IMG/VR virus record: IMGVR_UViG_3300024259_001623
Strand: one strand, 5' to 3'
Origin: a virus
Taxonomy: Duplodnaviria > Caudoviricetes
DNA length: 64,000 nucleotides
Positions 55,787-64,000 of the stretch are shown piece by piece (positions within the stretch are counted from its first letter, which is position 1; each line of letters opens with the position of its first letter). The notes under the pieces are model-generated. The model was not told the DNA's origin. It searched no databases and saw only the letters and a program-made list of their open reading frames with translations. Both the position numbers and the translations under genes were made by a program.

Positions 55787-56648
55787 ATTTATCTCCTAAT
55801 TTCCTCATACCAGCCAAATCTTTATGATCCAATGTTTCTTTTAGTTTTTCGGCTACTTCTGCAATAACAACATCATATCTTTCTTTAAATTCTTCTGTTC
55901 TACTCCAATCCTCATAACTTTTATTAGCTTCGGCAAATTTAAGTAAATCCTTTTTACCAGAAAAATCCTCTTCCGAAGAAGATTTACATTTACTATGATA
56001 CTCTTCGTCTAATATTGTACGAGTCCATCTGTCTAATCTAACATCAGTTGACGGCTGTTTGTCTGCTAACTCTTTTGAGCTTACAAAATGAATACGATCA
56101 GTAGAAGGGCTAAAAGAAAGACTATTAAATGAAGGAATAAATTCATCTTTCATAGCATCTTCCCATTCTTTCCCTCTAAGTTTCCAATCTTCATAATCCA
56201 TACCTTCTGGCTCATCTGAGTTATCCCAATATGGATATTCTTCTACTTCTTTTATATTCTGCCAATATTCAATAAATTCTTTTTTCTCTGCGAATAATAA
56301 GCATAAAATTTTATCTTCTCTAGGAATAAAATCAACAGAAAAGCCCCAATCGAATAATGGATCTTTTTCCTTCTTAGCTCTTTCTATTGTTTTCCCTAAA
56401 CAAAACTCAGCAACGGACACAGGATATATATGACTCATATCCGAATACATATATTTTTCCCAATAAGCAACGTTAAATCTATCTAATGCTAATGAATCAA
56501 CTATCCCAACAGCTATCCTTGACAGGGCTTCCGTATATAGCTCTCTACTGATTATCCTTAATTCTTTGCCTATCTCCATAAAGAATGAATATAATTCATC
56601 CAGGTCCATCCTGGGCAGCTTATACCCATTGTATATCTTAGTACTCAT
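55776..56648 (-). CDS. Hypothetical protein
   Basis: MSTKIYNG...YWDNSDEPE...W-x-x-R-x-x-EW motif. Confidence 0.7.
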   Translation of the reverse strand: MSTKIYNGYKLPRMDLDELYSFFMEIGKELRIISRELYTEALSRIAVGIVDSLALDRFNVAYWEKYMYSDMSHIYPVSVAEFCLGKTIERAKKEKDPLFDWGFSVDFIPREDKILCLLFAEKKEFIEYWQNIKEVEEYPYWDNSDEPEGMDYEDWKLRGKEWEDAMKDEFIPSFNSLSFSPSTDRIHFVSSKELADKQPSTDVRLDRWTRTILDEEYHSKCKSSSEEDFSGKKDLLKFAEANKSYEDWSRTEEFKERYDVVIAEVAEKLKETLDHKDLAGMRKLGDKYVK

Positions 56649-56701
56649 TTCTTACCACCTACACATAGAATTTGTTTCTTCATATCGTTCTTCCTATTCT
56701 A

Positions 56702-56926
56702 TCATAAAAATAAAATAATTAATATTATTATAAATAATAATGTATAATTTATCTTATCTTTTTCTTTAACCACTTTCTTTTCCACTTTTTGTTCCACCTT
56801 TTTTTCTACTTTTTTAACAACCAGTCTCATCTTATTGTCGCAGAAATTACATTTAAAAACTTTTCCTATGTCTTTGTTAGGTGTTCTTACTCTACCTGAG
56901 CATTTTGTACATTTTACAATAATCAT
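56702..56926 (-). CDS. Zn-ribbon protein with C-terminal TM helix
   Basis: CTKC...CNFC; hydrophobic tail. Confidence 0.55.
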   Translation of the reverse strand: MIIVKCTKCSGRVRTPNKDIGKVFKCNFCDNKMRLVVKKVEKKVEQKVEKKVVKEKDKINYTLLFIIILIILFL

Positions 56927-56980
56927 AATATCTCTCCATATTATTATATAATACCCAGTTCTATGTAATAACAAAAAATA

Positions 56981-57424
56981 TTATAAATTATTGAAAATAT
57001 TTCTCAATTCTTTAACAATCTCATATTCCTCTTCTTCTGGAGTTAATGTGTTGATAGAAGCAAGCAATAGAATATCTAAAAACGAAGCTTTTAGTTCTTC
57101 TGTGGATTCATCTTCATTATCATATAAATCCATAGCTATCTTACAAGCTCTGACAATGTTTTCCCAAACAATAATTTCTTTTTCTGGATTGCAATCCCTC
57201 ATGAAATCTAATTCAAACTGTTCTAATGTAGCTATATCTAATGAGTCTCGAATATAATCGTATATATCTCTAATTCTGTCTAAGATATCATCATCCAAAG
57301 AATCATGTTGTATACGACCACATTTTAAATCATCTACATCAATTTCTACAATATTTCCATCATCATCCACAACTTTAGCTTTTCTACTCATCAGATATCT
57401 CCATGTTTTAATAATATTCAACAT
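56981..57424 (-). CDS. Acidic hypothetical protein
   Basis: ORF track. Confidence 0.6.
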   Translation of the reverse strand: MLNIIKTWRYLMSRKAKVVDDDGNIVEIDVDDLKCGRIQHDSLDDDILDRIRDIYDYIRDSLDIATLEQFELDFMRDCNPEKEIIVWENIVRACKIAMDLYDNEDESTEELKASFLDILLLASINTLTPEEEEYEIVKELRNIFNNL

Positions 57425-57755
57425 TCCTGCATATTATTTCTTGTAATTTTTCTATTAACTCATATAAGTCATCTTCTTCAATTTCTTCTGTTATCATGTA
57501 ACATCCATCTTTATCTATATCTATATCTTCAAAATCGAATCTGCCATCAGAAAAATCACTTAACAATAAATCTCCGTACATATATGACAAATCAGCAATT
57601 TCATTTATATATCCTGGTATACTATCTAAATCAGAAATAGCGAATAAAGACAATTCACTTAAATAATGAATATCCCAATCATATTCATTATTATCATTCA
57701 TAATTCCGAGACATAGATAAAACATATTTAAAATCCCTTTTATAGTAAAAATCAA
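57408..57755 (-). CDS. Acidic hypothetical protein
   Basis: ORF track. Confidence 0.5.
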   Translation of the reverse strand: MIFTIKGILNMFYLCLGIMNDNNEYDWDIHYLSELSLFAISDLDSIPGYINEIADLSYMYGDLLLSDFSDGRFDFEDIDIDKDGCYMITEEIEEDDLYELIEKLQEIICRNVEYY

Positions 57756-57761
57756 TATTAA

Positions 57762-58238
57762 TCATTGATTGATTCTTTTACTAATCCTTTCCAAAAAATC
57801 AAATTGAGCCGGATTTATTTTTCCGACAGAATTTTCTAAAGAAAACCATTTTATTTCGTCTATCTCTGGAATAGTAATTTCGTTATCTGAATTTCTTGGC
57901 CAGAAAATAGTACAAGTATTACTTTCCCATTCATCGCCTTCATCCCATTTACCCTCAAAAGCCCAAGCATGAACTACTTTACCAGACTTTTGAGTTATTG
58001 TTCCTAAACAATAGAACATCTTATGTCCAGGGACAAGACCAGTTTCTTCAGTAAATTCTCTTACAGCAGCCGAGAATAAATCTTCATCTTCTTCTACTTC
58101 GCCTTTAGGTATAGTCCAAGCATCCTCATATCTATTAATCCAACATGGACCGCCAGGATGAGCCAACAGGAACTCTAATATATCCTCATTAAATCTGTAC
58201 ATAAGAAGTCCAGAACTTATTTTCTTTTTCTTAGCCAT
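57762..58238 (-). CDS. Nudix hydrolase (predicted NTP pyrophosphohydrolase)
   Basis: LLAHPGGP...WTIPKGEVE...AAVREFTEETG; KSGKVVHAWA. Confidence 0.88.
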   Translation of the reverse strand: MAKKKKISSGLLMYRFNEDILEFLLAHPGGPCWINRYEDAWTIPKGEVEEDEDLFSAAVREFTEETGLVPGHKMFYCLGTITQKSGKVVHAWAFEGKWDEGDEWESNTCTIFWPRNSDNEITIPEIDEIKWFSLENSVGKINPAQFDFLERISKRINQ

Positions 58239-58249
58239 ATATCCTCACA

Positions 58250-58603
58250 TTAAAAAGATATACAAGAAAAAATCTCGTATACCATCCATGCTGCTAAGAA
58301 AAATAAGCCGATCCACAGGGGCGACAGGGCCACATTCAACCAAAAATCACTTGAATCTTTCTCTACAACTTGAACAATAATAGGATTACCATCTTCATCT
58401 CTATCCACATACATAGGCCAAGGCTGAAGTGGTAAATCACCAGCATTATTTTTTTGCTCTCTAATAAAATTCTGCTGTTCAAGAGCAGACTGATTCATCA
58501 TCTCAGTCTGCTTCCTCATTTCTTCATTCCTATCATGCGCTAGCTCATACTCCTTATACTTCGGATCACTAGGGCTATAAGGATTATTCCAAGACGCTCC
58601 CAT
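58250..58603 (-). CDS. Hypothetical membrane protein
   Basis: C-terminal TM segment. Confidence 0.55.
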   Translation of the reverse strand: MGASWNNPYSPSDPKYKEYELAHDRNEEMRKQTEMMNQSALEQQNFIREQKNNAGDLPLQPWPMYVDRDEDGNPIIVQVVEKDSSDFWLNVALSPLWIGLFFLAAWMVYEIFSCISF

Positions 58604-58982
58604 ATTCTCTCTTCTCCATATCTTTATTATACTTCACTATTTCATCTCCAACCGTCCCAAGAGTTTTCATATTTTCTTTCGACCAACCTCTAACAATACA
58701 AGCACAACTATTAACCATATAAGACTTTGCTTGTATTAGTTCAAATCCTTTTTCTGACAAAACAGATGCCAACTCTTCTAAAATATCAAACCATCCTATC
58801 CATATAGGATTAGTATCGTTTTTTGATTCTCTCTCTAAGACATTTCTACCAGCTTTAGGAAGTACAGATTCGCATAAATCTATAAAATCTTCTTTAGATG
58901 TATTGTCGGGGCCATATAATATATATGTCCTACTTTCATCATAATCACTTCCCTCAATAATAAACACATTTTCCTTCGACAT
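58584..58982 (-). CDS. Hypothetical protein
   Basis: ORF track, GGAG RBS. Confidence 0.6.
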   Translation of the reverse strand: MSKENVFIIEGSDYDESRTYILYGPDNTSKEDFIDLCESVLPKAGRNVLERESKNDTNPIWIGWFDILEELASVLSEKGFELIQAKSYMVNSCACIVRGWSKENMKTLGTVGDEIVKYNKDMEKREYGSVLE

Positions 58983-58997
58983 TACTTCTCCTTGTTA

Positions 58998-61157
58998 CTA
59001 ATTTTCTATTAACGAAATCAGTTCGTCAATATCTTCTATAATCATTATCTCTTCCCCTTGTCCTTTCAGTTCAAAAGCCTTATCTTTCTTCTTACCGGGA
59101 TCATCTCCCACAATAACAAAATTTGTCTTCTTGCTTACAGAACTACTAATCTTGCCACCTTCATTTTCAATCTGGTCATACCAATAAGTCTTGCCATCTG
59201 CAAAAGAACCAGTAAAGCAGAACTTCTTACCAGTAAACTTACCAGTCTTGGGAAGTTCTAATTCAACGTAATTTAGAATATCATCCAACATAAATCTATT
59301 ACGAGCAAAGAACTCTACCAATACCTTAGCTGTCTTATTGCCGATATCTTGAACCTTTTCTAATGCATCTACAGGCATATTTCTGATTGTAGTTAAATCT
59401 CCATTGTAATGAGAGATTAAAGCTCTAGCAGTTCCCTTGCCCGCACCAGGAATACCTAATGCAGATAAGAATTTTTCTACAGGCACAACTTTCTTTTTCC
59501 CATGAATCTTCATTATCTTTTTCAGTAACAAATCATTATCTTTGATCTTTTCTGGATTTTTAACCATGTGAATTCTAGCAACGACTAACAATGCAGAACG
59601 TTCTGTAATCCCAGCCTTCTTCAAATCATCTAACGTTATTCTGTAAAAATCTGGAATTGTTTTAACCAAATTATTTTCAACCAATTTGTTAACCATGCTT
59701 TCGGCTATTCCCTTGACCTCAATAGAAGAAAGATAATTAACTAGATTGCCAACATTTTTAGCAGGACAATCTGTATTATAACAGAACAATTCAGAAGCAT
59801 TGGAACTGGTTACCATCTCCAATTCGCCATTGCAAGAGCCGCATTTATCAGGAGTAACTACGTTATTAGCCTTTTTGACGACACCTATCATCTTAGGAAT
59901 AATCTTTCCGCTCTTGATAAGCTTGAACTGAGTTCCAATGCCTACGCCTTCATTTATAATGATACCGACATTGTGAGCAGTACACTGACTAACCATAGTC
60001 CCATCTAACTTAACTGGTTTAAATTGCATAACTGGGGTTACTTTGCCAGTTCTGCCTGTCTGCCAAATAATACTTTCGACAGTAGGAACAACTACTTTCT
60101 CTGAGAATTTCCAAGCCAATTTGCCTCTTGGATTACCATTAGCTCTATCTCCATGACGACCATGTTGTTCGGAATCTTCAAGATTGTTTACCGATATTAC
60201 AACTCCATCAATTTCATAATCCAATGCATCTAGGGTCGATTCAACAAAAGCTAAATCTGAATATTTAAAAGGTCTTGCTTGGACGAAAGGAACTCCCAGA
60301 ATTTGATTACACCACTTGGCTCTTTCGATTTCGGTTTTATATGGAGCTTTTTCTAAACCTTCTATAGAATAAGCAGTAAAACTGATCTTCCTATGTTTTG
60401 TAATAGTAGGATCATCGAATTGACGAATGCTGCCAGCAGTATAGTTTCTCGGGTTAGCAGGTTCCTTTTTGATCTTGGCAGGATTTATACCCTTCTTGAA
60501 ATCTTCAACAATCTTTTCAAAAACAGAAATCTTACATTCCAATTCCCCACGAATGGAACATGTAATCTTCTTTGGCAATACTTCAAGAATACCTTTGACA
60601 TGCTTGGCTTGTTCTGTAACGTCTTCCCCATTAACTCCATCTCTGGGTCTTAGACCAGCCTTAGTCAATTTGCCATCTTTATAATACAGAGAAATTGCTA
60701 CTCCATCACGTTTAAGAGATTGGCAGAAGAAAGGAGTTCCATCATTATCCTTATCCCCCTTATAACCAAGTTCATCAGAACATTTTTTGAGCCAATTAGC
60801 AAGAATGTCATTCTTCATGCTCAATGTTCCATTGGCTTTAGAGATGGAAGTCATGGGAGGGTTATGAACAACTTTTTCGACATCAGTATCTATATTAGAT
60901 GCAGTTACACCATCAAATGTCTTGGAATTAGGCTTTAAAGCCGCCAGTTCTCTTCTAAGAGCGTCATATTGATCATTCGATACTTGATCTCCATCCTCAA
61001 TAGTTTGCCCCCTATACTCTTTATCTTCTGTAAAAGTAAAGGTTATAGGGGCAATACATGTATCACCGTCCTCAAAAAGAGAATCAAGAACTGCGATTAT
61101 TGACTCTAATTCTTCTGCCGTGTTCGTTGGTACATCATTTTTCATATCTTTCTCCAT
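58998..61157 (-). CDS. ligA: NAD-dependent DNA ligase
   Basis: YD-x-L-x-x-EL, KRDG adenylation motif, RGE, NPRN-x-x-AGS-x-RQ, EIDGVV, GRTGKVTP, Zn finger, HhH, BRCT. Confidence 0.95.
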   Translation of the reverse strand: MEKDMKNDVPTNTAEELESIIAVLDSLFEDGDTCIAPITFTFTEDKEYRGQTIEDGDQVSNDQYDALRRELAALKPNSKTFDGVTASNIDTDVEKVVHNPPMTSISKANGTLSMKNDILANWLKKCSDELGYKGDKDNDGTPFFCQSLKRDGVAISLYYKDGKLTKAGLRPRDGVNGEDVTEQAKHVKGILEVLPKKITCSIRGELECKISVFEKIVEDFKKGINPAKIKKEPANPRNYTAGSIRQFDDPTITKHRKISFTAYSIEGLEKAPYKTEIERAKWCNQILGVPFVQARPFKYSDLAFVESTLDALDYEIDGVVISVNNLEDSEQHGRHGDRANGNPRGKLAWKFSEKVVVPTVESIIWQTGRTGKVTPVMQFKPVKLDGTMVSQCTAHNVGIIINEGVGIGTQFKLIKSGKIIPKMIGVVKKANNVVTPDKCGSCNGELEMVTSSNASELFCYNTDCPAKNVGNLVNYLSSIEVKGIAESMVNKLVENNLVKTIPDFYRITLDDLKKAGITERSALLVVARIHMVKNPEKIKDNDLLLKKIMKIHGKKKVVPVEKFLSALGIPGAGKGTARALISHYNGDLTTIRNMPVDALEKVQDIGNKTAKVLVEFFARNRFMLDDILNYVELELPKTGKFTGKKFCFTGSFADGKTYWYDQIENEGGKISSSVSKKTNFVIVGDDPGKKKDKAFELKGQGEEIMIIEDIDELISLIEN

Positions 61158-61164
61158 TACCTAA

Positions 61165-61192
61165 TTATACACGTTTTATGCACTTTTGCAAT
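61165..61192 (-). promoter_or_regulatory. Sigma70-like promoter for ligA
   Basis: TTGCAA-N16-TATAAT with extended TG. Confidence 0.6.
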
Positions 61193-61229
61193 TTCTGGTA
61201 ACCAGTCAGGGAGATTTTAAATAATGGAT

Positions 61230-61739
61230 TTAATCTTCGTCCTTATCTTCACTTTCTTCTTCAATATCTTCATCTTCCGGATCACCAAAAGTGTCATAAT
61301 AATCATATCCATATTCTTCTTCATATTCTGCTATAGATTTACGATCATTCTCATTTCTTTCATCATACCATTCTTCTGGACTAAGCTCATCATTATCATC
61401 TTCAAAATCTCTGGCCAAATCTTTGATTTCTCCGAAATCCTGGTCATCAACACTTAATATACTGAGTCTTTCATCATCTTTCAAAAGGAAATTATTAGTT
61501 AATGTAACTATCATTCCTACCAATCTCTTAAAATTGGTTCTAGAAAAGTTATTTAAGGTAGATATGTACTCTGGTAAATCTATTGTTATGCTATAATCTC
61601 CACCATCTATATAATCAAAAGATGCTATAGAAGTCTCATCGCCAGAATCCCATACAAAAAATATCTGAGCCATCTTGTATGGATCATCTTCTTCTGACTT
61701 TAATATTAGATTATCAATTTTTATATTAAAAGAAATCAT
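61230..61739 (-). CDS. Acidic hypothetical protein
   Basis: ORF track; D/E-rich tail. Confidence 0.6.
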   Translation of the reverse strand: MISFNIKIDNLILKSEEDDPYKMAQIFFVWDSGDETSIASFDYIDGGDYSITIDLPEYISTLNNFSRTNFKRLVGMIVTLTNNFLLKDDERLSILSVDDQDFGEIKDLARDFEDDNDELSPEEWYDERNENDRKSIAEYEEEYGYDYYDTFGDPEDEDIEEESEDKDED

Positions 61740-62131
61740 GATTTTTTATCTTCCACAAATTTTTCTATGTCTATTTTACTCATAGCTGACAACTCATAAA
61801 AAGGCAAAACTTTTACATTTTTATGAGTTTTACTTAAACATTCTTTAATCTTTTGTGCCCCTTGACGATTTAAAGAATGAACGATAACAAAACTATTTTT
61901 ATGAAGTCCATCTTTCTTCATAACTTTAGCCAAATCTATACCATCGCCCAACGGGCCTCTGGTATATGGGCCTCCTAAATCATGATCCAAAAAGATGATA
62001 TCAAGATTATCGTGTTTTCTTAAAATCCTTTCTCCCGCCACAGGATCATTAGCGGCTAACAACTGTGCTGTGCCGAACTTTCTACGTATTATTCTGATTC
62101 TACTATTGTCATCATCTAATATAAATACCAT
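61736..62131 (-). CDS. Cyclic-phosphate-processing receiver-like domain protein
   Basis: ILDDD...IFLDHDLG...DG...VHSLN-x-x-G signature. Confidence 0.75.
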   Translation of the reverse strand: MVFILDDDNSRIRIIRRKFGTAQLLAANDPVAGERILRKHDNLDIIFLDHDLGGPYTRGPLGDGIDLAKVMKKDGLHKNSFVIVHSLNRQGAQKIKECLSKTHKNVKVLPFYELSAMSKIDIEKFVEDKKS

Positions 62132-63036
62132 TATATATCTCCTAATAAATCTATCATTAGTAAAGATTTATTTAATTGTTTTTCTTTTTCTTTATTACCA
62201 GAAAAATCGTCTTTGTAATCAGACCAATATACAGTACAAGGTGGACGAGTTTTACTCTTAACAATACCTGTAATAGGATAAATTACAACATTTTCAAAAT
62301 TATCATCGCTCTTGTAATCTTTAGGATCATATAAAAAATCATCTTTGAGATGCTTCGATATAATTAATTCAATTTTCTTGCTCTGTATTTTATCTATAGT
62401 AAAACCTCTATTGCTATACTTAGATATACGCTTAAACAACCTAGCTACTGAATGAACACGATTTATCACCAATTTCTTTTGAATAAGAGACTTAAAAAAT
62501 CCATTCAAAAAATAGAACTTATCTCTGCCGAGGAATATAGAACAATGGAAAAAATCAAAAGAATTAACCAATAATTGTAGATTACTGCAACCATTGATCA
62601 AATCTAGATTCCGCCCATTAACACGACCTCTTACATGTTCAACGCCAGGATCATAATGATCTTCTTTATCATTATCATAAAATGATAAGCCAGACATCGA
62701 TTGGATCTTATTATATTCTGTTTCACCTATTGCATATATATCTATATCTGTTCGCATAGGGTCTAACAAAAAACCATTTTTGCCTTTATTATGATAATTT
62801 TTGTATACAGAATTTGCTATATTACTTCCAGATAATACGAATTCACAATCTTTCAGAATCTTAAACAAAAAATCATATTCTTTTCTTGCTGCGTTGACAT
62901 AACTAATGATGTTTTTAAGTTCGCTAAAATATTTTGTATTTGCTGCATCTCTCATCCTCAGCTTCTTTATATAATCAGGGTCAATCGGTCCTCTCTCTAT
63001 AAGATTCTCTACACCTATGTAAGGATTATAGCTCAT
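62131..63036 (-). CDS. Pol-beta-superfamily nucleotidyltransferase (CCA/polyA-polymerase head-like)
   Basis: LSGS...TDIDIY...LDLI...SFDF-x-x-C...R-x-x-KY-x-x-RGF. Confidence 0.65.
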   Translation of the reverse strand: MSYNPYIGVENLIERGPIDPDYIKKLRMRDAANTKYFSELKNIISYVNAARKEYDFLFKILKDCEFVLSGSNIANSVYKNYHNKGKNGFLLDPMRTDIDIYAIGETEYNKIQSMSGLSFYDNDKEDHYDPGVEHVRGRVNGRNLDLINGCSNLQLLVNSFDFFHCSIFLGRDKFYFLNGFFKSLIQKKLVINRVHSVARLFKRISKYSNRGFTIDKIQSKKIELIISKHLKDDFLYDPKDYKSDDNFENVVIYPITGIVKSKTRPPCTVYWSDYKDDFSGNKEKEKQLNKSLLMIDLLGDI

Positions 63037-64000
63037 GAGGAAAATACCTTATTTTCTTGTTCGGTGACTCGTATAAAAGTACAACATCTAGAAAAACTCT
63101 TCAAACCCTTGGCTCCTACATAAGTACAAGCACTTCTTAATCCACCTAATATTTGGTTGACTTCATCTTGTACGGGGCCTTTATATTCTACGCTAACTTC
63201 TTTACCTTCCGAAGCTTTGTAATGAAGCATTCCACCGTTCCACATGTCCTGGGCTTCTCTGGAAGACATTCCATGAAACTTTAATGCTACTTTCTTCTCA
63301 CTTTCGTATTCGTATTCCCATTTTCCCTCACATTCGTCAGTTCCAGATAACATACCACCCAACATAACAAAATCAGAACCGCCACCAAAAGCTTTGCAAA
63401 CATCTGCTGGGATTCTACAACCTCCATCAGAACATACCAAACCATTACAACCATGAGCAGCATCAGCACATTCTATGACTGCTGATAATTGAGGGTATCC
63501 TACGCCTGTCTTAGTCCTTGTTTCACATACACTTCCAGAACCGATTCCTACTTTTACAATCTGCACTCCAAGAAGTATTAATTCTTCTACCATATTCGGT
63601 GTTACAACATTACCTGCCATAATAATCGAATTAGGATACTTATCCTTAATTCTTTTGATTCTTTCTAAAAACGATTCGGTGTAACCATTTGCAACATCTA
63701 TACACAGCATCTTGGGAAAAAATGATCCCGTATTCCCCATATTCTTCATAATATAATTTTTGACTTCCCACAACTTATCTTCTTCTTTGTCAGAAATACC
63801 TAATGTATAAAAAACATTATCCCACATATCAGCATTATATGTGAAGAAATGTACTAAATCTTCGACGCTATAATGCTTATGTAATGCTGTTAACATATCA
63901 TTTTCGAATAGAACTTTAGCCATAGCCATTGTACCAACACTATCCATATTGGCACTGATTACAGGTACATATTCCTTATCTATGCCAAGATTCTTAAATG
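63033..64000 (-). CDS. guaC: GMP reductase (5'-truncated by window end)
   Basis: Frame open to the window edge (...VPVISANMDSVGT); CIDVANGY, AGNVVT, KVGIGSGSVC-x-TR, GVGYPQLSA, DFVMLGGML, SEG, GGLRSACTY. Confidence 0.9.
   Translation of the reverse strand, partial: FKNLGIDKEYVPVISANMDSVGTMAMAKVLFENDMLTALHKHYSVEDLVHFFTYNADMWDNVFYTLGISDKEEDKLWEVKNYIMKNMGNTGSFFPKMLCIDVANGYTESFLERIKRIKDKYPNSIIMAGNVVTPNMVEELILLGVQIVKVGIGSGSVCETRTKTGVGYPQLSAVIECADAAHGCNGLVCSDGGCRIPADVCKAFGGGSDFVMLGGMLSGTDECEGKWEYEYESEKKVALKFHGMSSREAQDMWNGGMLHYKASEGKEVSVEYKGPVQDEVNQILGGLRSACTYVGAKGLKSFSRCCTFIRVTEQENKVFSS

Noticed and set aside
86-61457. Numerous plus-strand ORFs in the track
   Set aside because: They are antisense shadows of well-supported minus-strand genes, hydrophobic or low-complexity, without RBS; only 28986-30077 is credible
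58998-64000. Inteins in ligase or guaC (common intein hosts)
   Set aside because: No intein blocks (C1...HN/C) visible; lengths are normal

Overview
AT-rich 64 kb segment of a large (jumbo-type) bacteriophage genome. Nearly all genes are on the minus strand; the one credible plus-strand CDS is a homing endonuclease. A prepilin/H-X9-DG gene hints at a PVC-superphylum host (Planctomycetota/Lentisphaerota; inference). The first 14.4 kb is a tRNA region: 16 complete canonical-looking tRNAs, six tRNA-like RNAs with large insertions, tRNA half-genes and a ~420-nt highly structured non-coding RNA candidate, among small hypothetical ORFs and four endonucleases. Three of the tRNA-like RNAs carry exactly 55 nt at the same T-stem position (51/52). 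The rest encodes a RadA-like ATPase, an SF2 helicase with 60-aa repeats, a macro domain and a complete deamidating NAD+ salvage route (PncA, PncB, NadD, NadE, plus a Nudix hydrolase). It also encodes a radical-SAM gene fractured by a split intein inside its CxxxCxxC motif with an HNH gene between the halves, rIIA/rIIB, a second radical SAM, a DNA methyltransferase, a sigma factor, NAD-dependent ligase, a receiver/nucleotidyltransferase pair and a truncated guaC. Nine free-standing endonuclease genes are present; most share a putative alternative-sigma promoter embedded in a hairpin that covers or abuts the RBS. All calls come from motif reading and manual base-pairing; no database searches were run.
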